Numbered from the stretch's first letter, positions 16,624-25,979 are shown. The stretch is 27,543 nucleotides of DNA from an uncultured virus (IMG/VR IMGVR_UViG_3300048839_000486) (IMGVR_UViG_3300048839_000486), one strand, 5' to 3'. Program-made: numbers and translations. The notes: generated by a model from the sequence alone, not told the origin.

Positions 16624-16935
16624 TCACTTCGCACCGTACAAAAAACACATCGCCACAAAAGCCATCCACCCTGCCGCCGCCGTCCACGCCGCATTGCGAA
16701 GCGCCGGGTGCAGCGACTCGCAGCCCGCCTCGAAGCCCGCGTCAAAGTCGTCTTGCTTGGCGTCCGGGATATTCCGCGTCAGCCGGGGCGGAACCTCGAC
16801 CGCGCCTCGGTTTGTTTCCCATGTGGACGGTGGCGCGTAACTGCCAGCCACGCGGCGTTGCGGGGGTACGTCGATCCCATGCAGGTCCGGGTCGATCCAG
16901 TCGGCGTGGTCCAACATGTCTCGCTCGTTGCTCAT
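16624..16935 (-). CDS. Protein with C-terminal TM helix (103 aa)
   Basis: MSNERDMLDH...AAWTAAAGWMAFVAMCFLYG; RBS AGGAG. Confidence 0.65.
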   Translation of the reverse strand: MSNERDMLDHADWIDPDLHGIDVPPQRRVAGSYAPPSTWETNRGAVEVPPRLTRNIPDAKQDDFDAGFEAGCESLHPALRNAAWTAAAGWMAFVAMCFLYGAK

Positions 16936-17087
16936 CTCACTCTCCTCGCTTCCTCTGCCAGTTCCTCTGCAATCTGCTCCAGTTTCGCCGGGGTCAAATT
17001 GGCGTCGATGGCGCACAGCCGCTCCGTGTCCCGTTCGCGCTGCCGCGCCGCGATGCGGGCTTCGACCTCGCGGGCTAGTCGGGTCAT
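16932..17087 (-). CDS. Small helical protein (51 aa)
   Basis: Hand translation MTRLAREVEARIAARQRERDTERLCAIDANLTPAKLEQIAEELAEEARRVR*; ATGA overlaps at both ends. Confidence 0.65.
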   Translation of the reverse strand: MTRLAREVEARIAARQRERDTERLCAIDANLTPAKLEQIAEELAEEARRVR

Positions 17088-17305
17088 AGCGCCTTCCCCC
17101 TCAAAGCCGCAATCCGAATTGCCTCAGCCAAACTCAGTGCCATGTCGTGCGGCAAGTTTTGCACGCAATTGATGTTGACGTACACATGAGCGGGTGCGCC
17201 CTCAACGTAAGCCGCACCGGGAGGCACTGGTTTATCGCTTGGAACGAACGGGTACACCTGAACGCTCCTGATGCCAAACTCGTCAAGCTCCACGATCTTC
17301 ATCAC
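17084..17305 (-). CDS. Hypothetical protein
   Basis: Coupled overlaps at both ends. Confidence 0.6.
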   Translation of the reverse strand: MMKIVELDEFGIRSVQVYPFVPSDKPVPPGAAYVEGAPAHVYVNINCVQNLPHDMALSLAEAIRIAALRGKAL

Positions 17306-17532
17306 ACCCACCCCCGCTTCCGCGCCTCGCGCTCGGCCCGGTGCATCGCGCCCAAGTACGTCCGGTATTCGCGGTATTCGTCGGCCGTCTCGCCGGAAAT
17401 CACCACCGGGAAATGCGCTGACCGCCCAAACGACTCGACTACCAGCAGCCGCCCGTTCCCCAGATCACACCGCCAACTGCTGCCGTACTCCGCCCACTCA
17501 AAGGGGCCGGATGTGGATGTCAGCTTTTTCAT
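17302..17532 (-). CDS. Hypothetical protein
   Basis: ATGA overlap; RBS GGAGG. Confidence 0.6.
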   Translation of the reverse strand: MKKLTSTSGPFEWAEYGSSWRCDLGNGRLLVVESFGRSAHFPVVISGETADEYREYRTYLGAMHRAEREARKRGWV

Positions 17533-17852
17533 GACCACCCCTCCGCTTTGGCGATGGCGGCAGCGATCATGACTTCCACGTCCCCCACCGTCTCACACCG
17601 CGCTCCACGCTGCTCCGGCGTGCGCCGCGTGCCATCAACGATCCAGCACTGCGCTTCTTGCAGCGCCATCAGCAGTTCCGGCGCCGCCGCCATCGCCCGT
17701 CCGTGGGTGTCGCGTACCTGGCGGCCCGCCTCATCGCGGACGGGGTACAGTCCAGCTATGGCAATGCGCCCGTCTTCGCTTTGGATCGTGCCATCCTCTT
17801 GGCTGTACCGCCAAGGGGTAGCGGTCAAATTGTGAACTTTCTCTATCGGCAC
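17529..17852 (-). CDS. Phage hypothetical protein (AAAPELL family)
   Basis: TATPWRY...RAMAAAPELLMALQ...AAIAKAEG motif common in phage early genes. Confidence 0.75.
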   Translation of the reverse strand: MPIEKVHNLTATPWRYSQEDGTIQSEDGRIAIAGLYPVRDEAGRQVRDTHGRAMAAAPELLMALQEAQCWIVDGTRRTPEQRGARCETVGDVEVMIAAAIAKAEGWS

Positions 17853-17943
17853 CTAGAACCTCCAAACACCTAGTACTCAATCCAGACAAACACGCAGCAA
17901 GTAATTCTGACTATTACGCGATATTGCTGCGGCTGTGGCCGGC

Positions 17944-18231
17944 TTAACCGACGCGGTTCTTGATCTCGAATCCAGGGACCACGCAAATGTGGTTCCCGGC
18001 TCCGTCTTCCTCGCAGAGATGAATGTTGACGGCCTGACCCTTGGTGGCGCCGGCAAACCTGTAAGCGAAAGTCCGAGCTTCTTCCGCGCTCTTGAACGGG
18101 GGCTCGTCGGGGGTATTGAAGTCGGGGATCGTATCGCCCCTCAGCAGGGCGCCGTCAACCCACTCGAAATGAATCCGGTAGCGCCGCTCAGACTTCACGC
18201 GGATGAGCTTCTTGGCCTCTTTCAGCGTCAT
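17944..18231 (-). CDS. Hypothetical protein (95 aa)
   Basis: ATGA overlap with the upstream gene. Confidence 0.65.
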   Translation of the reverse strand: MTLKEAKKLIRVKSERRYRIHFEWVDGALLRGDTIPDFNTPDEPPFKSAEEARTFAYRFAGATKGQAVNIHLCEEDGAGNHICVVPGFEIKNRVG

Positions 18232-18731
18232 CGCCAGCACCCCGGCGCTTCGGGTTTCTGTGCTTCAGTTCCTTGCGCTTCTGGTTCCAGCAAGGCGATG
18301 GCGGCGTCCACTTTGCTCCGGAACTCGTTCCACCCACGCCGGCGCCAAAAGGCCATGGCGTTTTTCTTGAGAAGGTCCGGGTTCTCCTTGACGGCTTTCG
18401 GCAATCCCCGCAGCGCTTCCTTCGCCCCAATGTTCTTCAACCGGGCATCACGCGCAGCCCGCGCAGCGAGAATGGCGGCGGGGTTGCCCAGTTTTTTGAT
18501 GATCGGCGCGACTTCTTCTTCCCACCCCTCCGCCAGGGACGCTACAGCCCACTTCGCGTATTCCACCGTCGCCATCCACTCCTCCCGCTCGGCACGAAGG
18601 GTGGCGATCTCGGCCTTCAGCCGGTCCACCTCAACCTCCCGCTGGCGCAGATCTCCGCGCAAACTACTCGCTATCCTCAACGCATCCTCTACTATGATCG
18701 CTTGCGGGGTCTGCCCACGATAGAAACTCAC
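18228..18731 (-). CDS. Coiled-coil phage protein
   Basis: 167 aa; shares the PAxILA...EAxRGLP module with 11503-12198. Confidence 0.7.
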   Translation of the reverse strand: MSFYRGQTPQAIIVEDALRIASSLRGDLRQREVEVDRLKAEIATLRAEREEWMATVEYAKWAVASLAEGWEEEVAPIIKKLGNPAAILAARAARDARLKNIGAKEALRGLPKAVKENPDLLKKNAMAFWRRRGWNEFRSKVDAAIALLEPEAQGTEAQKPEAPGCWR

Positions 18732-18816
18732 TATCCCTTCCTCCCTTGCACCTTCATCTCCTGAAACCTGATCTCCTAAAACCTCACAGCCAACCCAACT
18801 CAGGCCAGCCCAACCG

Positions 18817-19128
18817 TCAACAGCGGCCCAAAATCAACAGCACCGGCAACCCGACGATCACGGCCAGCGTCACCACCGTCTCTGTCTTCCGGACACCCGC
18901 CATATGATCCGCACCAGGCGCCCACGGACCCAACCCCTCCTCCCGCCGCCACCGCTCATGCTCCGCACTCCCAAGAACAAATCCGTGCCCCCTCATCTCA
19001 CCCCTCACTTCTACCCCACCCCGCCCCCCATCCAGAATCTGATCCAGGACGCTACCGGAACCCCCGCCCGAACCCCGGCCAGAACTTCTACCGACCTCTT
19101 CGTACTCGTACCACTGTTCGTTCTTCAT
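18817..19128 (-). CDS. Gly-rich protein with C-terminal TM; first gene of the leftward operon
   Basis: RBS AGGT; VVTLAVIVGLPVLLILG; directly downstream of the promoter. Confidence 0.65.
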   Translation of the reverse strand: MKNEQWYEYEEVGRSSGRGSGGGSGSVLDQILDGGRGGVEVRGEMRGHGFVLGSAEHERWRREEGLGPWAPGADHMAGVRKTETVVTLAVIVGLPVLLILGRC

Positions 19129-19150
19129 GTCTCACCTGCCTACACCCCTA

Positions 19151-19179
19151 ATCCTACAGCAATGCGCCCAACTTGTCAA
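19151..19179 (-). promoter_or_regulatory. Leftward sigma70-type promoter
   Basis: TTGACA-17 nt-TAGGAT. Confidence 0.8.
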
Positions 19180-19887
19180 TAATAAACGCCGAACGTCCGC
19201 GATTTTTTTTCTGGGAGGGTTCTGTGTGGTTCCCGCGTGGTTCCCGCCCACGCAGGGACGGGCGCAGCGACAAGCAACCCATCAATCAGTATTAGTAAAA
19301 CTAATTCTTCGGCACGGAGAATTAGTGTAGGTAATCCTCCGACCGCTCCGAATTGTATATTCATACAATGAGGCGCCGGGACCTCATTCACCCTCCTCTG
19401 GTCTCCACCCGGCATCTCGGCTGCCTTTTGCCCTAAAGGCCCTATCTTCAGATAGTGTACGCCTCGATCGCCCCTGCATAAACATACGGCAGAATGAATA
19501 ACCACCCAGAAATCTGCGCCCAGCGTAATCACATATAAGCGGCATTATTTTTTGTTTGGCTTTCTGTTTTGTTTTTTTATTGGGGTGGATGGGGACAAGC
19601 CTCCAATAAATCTCCCCGTCTGGCGGGCGCCCGGCCCCTGTGCAGATTCCGGCCCGGCCCACGCGCTAGCGCTAGTCCGCGCTACCCCCTCGACTCGCTC
19701 GCTGCGTCCCACTGGGCCGCTAGGCTAGCCCGCGCTAGTTCTCACCAGGGGATCACTGGAGCACTAGGGGCTTCCCTCGCGGCCACACTCTCGCCCCCCC
19801 CACACACTCGCCCCCCCCACACACTCTCTAGACCCCAGAATCTAGCCGCATCTAGCCAAACCATCATACAAATCAGCAATTTGGTAG

Positions 19888-19916
19888 TTGACATCTAGCG
19901 CGGACTAGCGCAAAAT
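19888..19916 (+). promoter_or_regulatory. Rightward sigma70-type promoter
   Basis: TTGACA-17 nt-CAAAAT; spacer contains CTAGCG twice. Confidence 0.7.
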
Positions 19917-20002
19917 AGGGGTAGGGGCATACCCCACACAACAAACCAGACCAAACCCAAGACCAAACCCAACAAAACAAAAGACAAAGGAACCCAAACA
20001 CA

Positions 20003-20350
20003 ATGACAATCAACGGTGGAAAACAGACCAAAATGACAGCAACGGAACTCTTCAACCAGATCGACCCTCGCATCACGGCAGTATGGGCAGCACTCAACCA
20101 ACCGAAACGCGCCAATATGGCCGCTCTCCTTCCCGGCTGCACCAATGAGGGGCTCATCCAGTACGGCTCATGGTTGTGGTTCCTTGACGGCGAGGACAAT
20201 GAAAACATGGCATGGGAAGCCTGCGCCAGTAGCGATTGGGGCAGGAGCGAGACCCATGAGTCCGGCATCCCCGCCGACACTCCCGCCGATGAAGTCGCCA
20301 AAGCCATCATGGAACTCGGACCCCACTCCAGCGAGGACAACTCGCTCTAA
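20003..20350 (+). CDS. Hypothetical early protein (115 aa)
   Basis: RBS AAAGGA, first ORF after the promoter. Confidence 0.7.
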   Translation: MTINGGKQTKMTATELFNQIDPRITAVWAALNQPKRANMAALLPGCTNEGLIQYGSWLWFLDGEDNENMAWEACASSDWGRSETHESGIPADTPADEVAKAIMELGPHSSEDNSL

Positions 20351-20420
20351 GCACTGGACACTGGAACCCCAACAAACCAAAGGTATTAGACAGTACTAGA
20401 AACAGGGAGGTGTTAGAAAA

Positions 20421-21794
20421 ATGGCAAAACTCACCAAAAGCTACACAGACAGCACTGAATGCCTTGAGTGCGGAAATAAGCTCCCTCAGGGCTCAATTTT
20501 CCGCTACACGAACAACGCCGGGTTCTCCCGGCACGGCAAGGGAATCTGCCTCTTACTGAACGATGGCACGCCGCAAGGTACGCCCGGTTGCGGCTGGAAC
20601 GATCTCTCAGATGATGATAGGCTCATTGCCCGCTCCAAGCTCTCTGGCGCATTCGAGGTATCCCAAACCATTGAACCTAAAGGCGAAAATGGGTACAGCA
20701 CGAACGGGCACAGCGCTAGCAGCGCGCCTAGCACGAATGGCACGAACGGTGGAAACGGCGGCAACTTGGACCTGCTGGGCATCATCGCGGGCTCAGTGGC
20801 CCCCATGGTTGCCTCACAGGTCACTACGCAAGTGGCGGAAAAGCTCAAGGGGCTCAATCTCTTGGACGAAGATCGGGTGTTGGACCTGTTCGAGCAAGCC
20901 ATGGCTCAGTACAAGCCCCCCGCCGACAAGCTCGAAGTCACCCTACCCAATGGCACAGTCAACACCGTGAACGGGTTCCGGCACGCCGCCTTTGAACCCC
21001 TCATGCGCCTAGTGCAGTCCCGTCTGGACACGCTCATCTATGGGGATGCCGGTGGTGGCAAGACCACGTTAGTGATGCAGGTAGCTGAGGCTCTGGGACT
21101 CCCGTATTACGCTGTCCAGCTATCCAAACTCGCCACGCCGACCGAACTCAAGGGGTTTATCTCCGCCTCTGAGAAGTACGTGCAGACCCAGTTCTATCAA
21201 TGGTTTACTGGTGGCGGCGTGATGGCACTGGAAGAGATCGGCGCGGCCAATGGCAATCTGGCAGTCACCCTGAACACCGCGCTCGACAATGGCATCTGTT
21301 CCTTCCCCGGCATGGATTCGCCCGCAAAACGTCACCCTGACGCCATCCTGATAGGGTGCGACAATTCAAACCTCTCTGGCGCTGACCAACTCTACAGTGG
21401 CCGCGTCGCTCAGGATGCCGCATTCCGTGAACGGTTCGTGTTCTGGAAGTGGGAATACGACGAACGCTTGGAGGATCTCATCGTTCTGGGACATACCACC
21501 AAACCCGCCCCCGTCTACAACTGGAAGCCCACGATGGACCCTGAAACATGGGTCCGGAACATTCAAGCACTCCGCAAGGCCATGCTCCAACTGAAGCTCA
21601 ACGGGCGCGTCGTCATTTCCCCTCGCGCCTCTATCAAGGGGGCGAAGCTCATTCAGATCGGCTTCCCCGGTCACATCGCTGAGGAAATGGTTGTCTGGAA
21701 AGGTCTTGACCCGGATACCCGCAAACGACTCCACGCTGAGGCCAAGATGCACGGCTACAGCGAACCCGCCCCCGCGTCTAAGTGGATGTCCTAG
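20421..21794 (+). CDS. MoxR/CbbQ/CobS-type AAA+ ATPase with N-terminal Cys motif
   Basis: Walker A GDAGGGKT, Walker B ALEEIG, YSGRVAQDAAFRERF, ISPRASIKG. Confidence 0.9.
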   Translation: MAKLTKSYTDSTECLECGNKLPQGSIFRYTNNAGFSRHGKGICLLLNDGTPQGTPGCGWNDLSDDDRLIARSKLSGAFEVSQTIEPKGENGYSTNGHSASSAPSTNGTNGGNGGNLDLLGIIAGSVAPMVASQVTTQVAEKLKGLNLLDEDRVLDLFEQAMAQYKPPADKLEVTLPNGTVNTVNGFRHAAFEPLMRLVQSRLDTLIYGDAGGGKTTLVMQVAEALGLPYYAVQLSKLATPTELKGFISASEKYVQTQFYQWFTGGGVMALEEIGAANGNLAVTLNTALDNGICSFPGMDSPAKRHPDAILIGCDNSNLSGADQLYSGRVAQDAAFRERFVFWKWEYDERLEDLIVLGHTTKPAPVYNWKPTMDPETWVRNIQALRKAMLQLKLNGRVVISPRASIKGAKLIQIGFPGHIAEEMVVWKGLDPDTRKRLHAEAKMHGYSEPAPASKWMS

Positions 21795-21837
21795 TCACAG
21801 GCATAGGCACACAGAGAACCCGAAAGGAATCAACATC

Positions 21838-22689
21838 ATGTCCGGTATCGCCTCACAAGACAATCAGATCCTCGCCGCTCTCAATGGCAACACGAAACGC
21901 TTGGTCCGCCACTACTCAATCTCTGAACTCGAACAGGAACTAGGCCCCCATCGCCTCCACCTTGCCACGCCCCCATCCGTCGCCCCCGATGACTGGGACA
22001 TGATTCAGCGCTACCGTGATTCTCTCTATCAACAGTTCCATGCCTCTATGGGCTCTAGTGAAGATGTCATGGCGGACGTTTGTGGCATCGACTACGATAT
22101 GGGCGAGATGCTTGCCGGGAACCCCGAATGCTGGCAATCCATCCAGATTGCCGATGCCCCGGTCTATCACATCGCCGTGAACCCCTCCAGCCACTTCACC
22201 AGCAATCTCAGGACCCTAGTGATGCGTGGCGCCGCCCTATGCGCCATCATCGACCTACTGGAGTCTCGCGGCAGTCGCATGAGTATCGAATACTGCTACG
22301 GCGAGTCGTTCGCGGGAACCCCGCGCAAGACTGACAGGTGGCACTATCGCCTAGTCCTCAAGCAACCAGACCAACCGCTCGATATGCGCCGCATTGCCGA
22401 TTGGATTGCCGGCACGATCATCTCGCCCGAACACCAAGAGGCGTTCTTCGGCCAGACCACCACCAATCCAACCACCCATGGCATACACCTCACTACAGCA
22501 CTTGCCCTTAATCGCGGCATCTACATCGCCCCGGCCTACCAGTTTCACAACTCTCCCGAACTCAATGGCGAGTTCGACATTGCCATGGACCGCATAGAAT
22601 CGTACTGGACTGAGGAATTCGCTGAAAATTGGATTCGTCAGCAGGTCGAACAACTCTCCAACCGCGAGCACGCCGCCCTAGCCCGGTAA
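21838..22689 (+). CDS. AAA+ partner protein, degenerate vWA-like
   Basis: DVCGIDYDMGEMLAGNPECW and MRGAALCAIIDLLESRG motifs recalled from phage MoxR partners; RBS GAAAGGA. Confidence 0.7.
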   Translation: MSGIASQDNQILAALNGNTKRLVRHYSISELEQELGPHRLHLATPPSVAPDDWDMIQRYRDSLYQQFHASMGSSEDVMADVCGIDYDMGEMLAGNPECWQSIQIADAPVYHIAVNPSSHFTSNLRTLVMRGAALCAIIDLLESRGSRMSIEYCYGESFAGTPRKTDRWHYRLVLKQPDQPLDMRRIADWIAGTIISPEHQEAFFGQTTTNPTTHGIHLTTALALNRGIYIAPAYQFHNSPELNGEFDIAMDRIESYWTEEFAENWIRQQVEQLSNREHAALAR

Positions 22690-22733
22690 CTCATCGCCCG
22701 CCTATTCAGCCTATTCACCTGTCAAAGATCCGG

Positions 22734-22770
22734 CCCGGAAAGCCCCCAAAGGCTTCCGGGCTATTTCTTT
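22734..22770 (+). terminator. Rho-independent terminator
   Basis: CCCGGAAAGCC-CCCAAA-GGCTTCCGGG-CTATTTCTTT. Confidence 0.75.
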
Positions 22771-23135
22771 CCCGCGTCCACCGTCGCGCCACTAGAAGGA
22801 CGTTCTACCCCGTGGCGCAAGCGTGACAGCGTCAACATCCTACTAGTGGCGCTAGATCCTACTAGAACTCCCACCGCGCCAGGCGTGCCAGGCGTCGCGG
22901 CCCCGGCGCCAGACTCCAGCATCGTCAACCGTGCCTCTATCGCGTCCATCCTGCTAAGAACCCGCGTCATAAGCCCCGCTAATCCCCGATCCGCCGCGCA
23001 TTGCGCCAGCTTATCCAGTGCCTTGCTCACTGTGGCGTCGGCACATCCTACTAGCGCCGCAATCTCAGACGGCGACATAGATGGATGCCGCAGAATGGCG
23101 TCCACCGCCCGCTCCACGTCCGCCGCGTGCGACAT
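22761..23135 (-). CDS. Putative HTH DNA-binding protein, antisense to its neighbours
   Basis: AILRHPSMSPSEIAALVGCADATVSKAL HTH followed by a short coiled coil; start 23135 or 23210. Confidence 0.6.
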   Translation of the reverse strand: MSHAADVERAVDAILRHPSMSPSEIAALVGCADATVSKALDKLAQCAADRGLAGLMTRVLSRMDAIEARLTMLESGAGAATPGTPGAVGVLVGSSATSRMLTLSRLRHGVERPSSGATVDAGKK

Positions 23136-23318
23136 CCTGCTAGGACGGCCAACACGGGCATTCTGCCCGGTGTCCGATCCATCTTGCCGAATTGTGCGCG
23201 ATACTGGCATCTTTTCAGTTCCGTCCGACGCCGGATGTTGTCCGGCTACAGCATAACCCTAGCACAATCAAGCACTTAGGTCAATACAAAACCTCAAAAC
23301 CAACACACAAAATAATGG

Positions 23319-23347
23319 TTGACATGTATACCGAATCAGTGTAAAAT
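23319..23347 (+). promoter_or_regulatory. Strong sigma70-type promoter
   Basis: TTGACA-17 nt-TAAAAT with an A-rich upstream tract. Confidence 0.85.
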
Positions 23348-23370
23348 CATCACAGGAGGCAGTCCACCCA

Positions 23371-23652
23371 ATGGCAAACACCCCAATCACCCCAATCAAT
23401 AAGCGGGCATTCCGGCGCGTCACCCGCGCTATCACTCTCAGGTTCCGCGCTGAGGGTCATCTTCCCGGCTACGCAGAGGCCATGTACCCGGCACTGGAGG
23501 CCGGACTCCTTGCGGCACACCGCGCCGGATTTGGACCCCGCGCAGCCGCCGTCATGGAGCTTGCGCGGCACAATGTCCTGTGTGGGACGACCCCCACGCC
23601 GCCGCTCCCCATCTATGCCGCGTTCGCGGGCGGATACAGAGGGGGGCGCTAA
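23371..23652 (+). CDS. Hypothetical protein (93 aa)
   Basis: RBS AGGAGG. Confidence 0.7.
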   Translation: MANTPITPINKRAFRRVTRAITLRFRAEGHLPGYAEAMYPALEAGLLAAHRAGFGPRAAAVMELARHNVLCGTTPTPPLPIYAAFAGGYRGGR

Positions 23653-23653
23653 C

Positions 23654-23986
23654 ATGGCCGCGCCCGTCTCGCTGTGCCGCACTGAACAACGGCACGTCAG
23701 CCCGGACACCATCGCAGTGTCGTTCTTCGATGTGGTTCTCGACTCTGACGGCGATCTGATCGCCACACTGGAAGGACCCACATTCCTCGCGCACGGCCTC
23801 AAATTAGTCGGCAACACTGCCCACCTCCAAACCGGAGACACCATTGTCGCAATCGCGGGACTGTGTGGAGGCCCCGACTCCCACGGATGGACACTTGACG
23901 CCGAAGCCCTCGCCGCCCTCCCCTACGCCGACGCCGAACGGTTCCGCAACCGTGCGTTCTCCGACATGACAGTGCGGCACATCTAG
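23654..23986 (+). CDS. Hypothetical protein (110 aa)
   Basis: ATG 1 nt after the upstream stop. Confidence 0.65.
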   Translation: MAAPVSLCRTEQRHVSPDTIAVSFFDVVLDSDGDLIATLEGPTFLAHGLKLVGNTAHLQTGDTIVAIAGLCGGPDSHGWTLDAEALAALPYADAERFRNRAFSDMTVRHI

Positions 23987-24050
23987 CCGCCCGTTCACAC
24001 GCTAACCCGTCCGAACCCCAAGGTCTGAAGGATTGAAGGTGCTAGAAGTC

Positions 24051-24203
24051 ATGCAGATCCCATTCACTCACATTCTCATCATCGCGGGCTCCATCGTTGG
24101 AGCACTCGCCGCATTCACCATCATCTTCGAGGCAATCCGGGCGCATCGCGCCGGAATCGCCGCCCGTGAAGCGGTCATTCGCCGCATTCTGGAGGCCCGG
24201 TAA
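24051..24203 (+). CDS. Small membrane protein (50 aa)
   Basis: Hand translation MQIPFTHILIIAGSIVGALAAFTIIFEAIRAHRAGIAAREAVIRRILEAR*. Confidence 0.65.
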   Translation: MQIPFTHILIIAGSIVGALAAFTIIFEAIRAHRAGIAAREAVIRRILEAR

Positions 24204-24206
24204 GCC

Positions 24207-24896
24207 ATGCGCCTCAACAACCCCAACGAACCCCTCCGCCCCGGCTCACACTCCCCATGGGGCAGCATCCAGCACGTCGAAACCATCGTGCCGGGACACG
24301 TTCACAGTGTCTCAACCGCCTCCCATGGCGGATGGAAGGTCAGCCCTGAGTACAACCGCCGCATCCCGGCCTACATGCGGAATCGCTCCGGATGGTACGA
24401 GGAGGATTGCGAGTGCAGCATCCCCATGCTTGTGTTCGCCGATGCCGTCACTGCCAACTACGCGGATCGGGAAGGCGGACCCGAATACACCGCCAAAATG
24501 CTCAAATGCGCTGAGGACACGCTCCGCAATTGGATGCCCGACGCCTATGAGAAGTGGTTCAAGCGCAAGCTCAAACCGGGCGAGTCCAGCACTCGCGATG
24601 AACAGGAATTCAAGACCCGCCACGCTCAGGACTGGCTGATGATCTCCGCCCATACGACTGCGTCGTGGGCTCCCAACATCCCGGAAAACTTCATGGGCGT
24701 CACTGCCACTATCGGCGGGAAAAACTCCGTCGCGGAACCCCCGATCAAGCGGTATTTCATCATTCCCACCGCCGAATACCGCGAGACCCGCAACCGGCCC
24801 GAAAATCGCGGGCACTTCGTCATCGACTTGGCCCGACACATCGAAACCTCGCCGGATTGGGTCCCTCTGGGACCCAGCCTAGAGGATTGCATCTAG
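24207..24896 (+). CDS. DUF7007-like protein
   Basis: SPWG...VSTASHGGWKVSPEYN...GWYEEDCE motif recalled from plasmid/phage early regions. Confidence 0.75.
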   Translation: MRLNNPNEPLRPGSHSPWGSIQHVETIVPGHVHSVSTASHGGWKVSPEYNRRIPAYMRNRSGWYEEDCECSIPMLVFADAVTANYADREGGPEYTAKMLKCAEDTLRNWMPDAYEKWFKRKLKPGESSTRDEQEFKTRHAQDWLMISAHTTASWAPNIPENFMGVTATIGGKNSVAEPPIKRYFIIPTAEYRETRNRPENRGHFVIDLARHIETSPDWVPLGPSLEDCI

Positions 24897-24919
24897 TCCC
24901 GGAAGAAGCGAGAGAAACC

Positions 24920-25571
24920 ATGCCAACAGAAACCACCATCACGCTCTACACCCTCGAAGAACTCAAAGCGAAGGGCGAGAACTCCAAAGGCTATCAGCGG
25001 GCACTCGCATGGATGCGCGAGACCGAATCCGAATTGTGGGAGGGTAGCGACATCCTCGAAGAATGGAAGGGGGCACTCAATGCCATTGGATTTCACGATC
25101 CCGACATCCACTACAGCGGATTTTGCTCTCAGGGAGACGGCGCTGGGTTCACCTGCAAACACATCTCCCTTGTTCGACGTGCTCTCTTTCCTGTCCGGCA
25201 AGGACCCGGACGGCTACGATTGGCCCGACTTGGCCGAATGCCGCCCGGACTACGATCCTCGCTGGATGCGGCTCAGGGTTCTCATGCCGTGGCTCGATCT
25301 GTCCATCTCCCATAGCGGGCGCTACTACCACAAAAACAGCTACACGCTGGAACACTCGCTCATGGTCAACCGCGAGTACCCGCGACTCGAAAAAATGCTC
25401 GCAGACTTCATTAGCGACACCCTCGAAAATTTCAGGGAACGCCTCTGCGACGCCATCTACCAGTGCCTAGAGTCCAGCTACGACGCCGCACTGGAAACCG
25501 AAAATCTGGAAGAACTCGCCGACGTGAACGGGTACACCTTTCTCGCGAACGGCGACCGATTCGACGCATAG
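24920..25571 (+). pseudogene. Conserved phage protein split by a +1 frameshift near 25165-25172
   Basis: N-half ...YSGFCSQGDGAGF in one frame; C-half RYYH...IYQCLESSYD...NGYTFLANG in the +1 frame. Confidence 0.7.
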
Positions 25572-25603
25572 CCCCCACCCAACACAGGAGAATCGAGGAC
25601 CCC

Positions 25604-25969
25604 ATGATTAACCACATCGAAGACATTGAAGACCTCATCGCCGCCCGCGCTGAACTCGCCGAGTACATCCGTGAGGGACGCAAGATTGGGCTCATCCAGC
25701 GCGTCCGGAAGAATCGCGACAGGGATTCATTCCGCCGCTATCTCTACGGTGGCTGGGCTCTCCGTGAATCGTGGCTCAGGACCCGCCCGACGCGGGCATC
25801 CCTCCGCACCCTTGCCGCATCCTACTCCGCCGCCGCCGAACGCATCCGCGCCGACGTGGCTACCAGCAACTACCCTTGCGGTCATGACGACATGCTCCTC
25901 GATACGGCAGACCACTACGCCAGCGAGTCCCGCCGCATCGCGGAGATGGCGAAACAGGCGCGGAGATAA
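25604..25969 (+). CDS. Hypothetical protein (121 aa)
   Basis: RBS GAGG. Confidence 0.7.
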   Translation: MINHIEDIEDLIAARAELAEYIREGRKIGLIQRVRKNRDRDSFRRYLYGGWALRESWLRTRPTRASLRTLAASYSAAAERIRADVATSNYPCGHDDMLLDTADHYASESRRIAEMAKQARR

Positions 25970-25979
25970 GAGGAACCCC

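Noticed and set aside
39..18764. Many long plus-strand ORFs (e.g. 1904-2971, 10623-11564, 13222-14232, 15111-16319)
   Set aside because: Antisense shadows of well-supported, translationally coupled minus-strand genes in GC-rich DNA; Arg/Pro-rich with no motifs.
19176..19898. ORFs in the divergent intergenic region
   Set aside because: No RBS, low complexity, overlap promoters and repeats; treated as noncoding.
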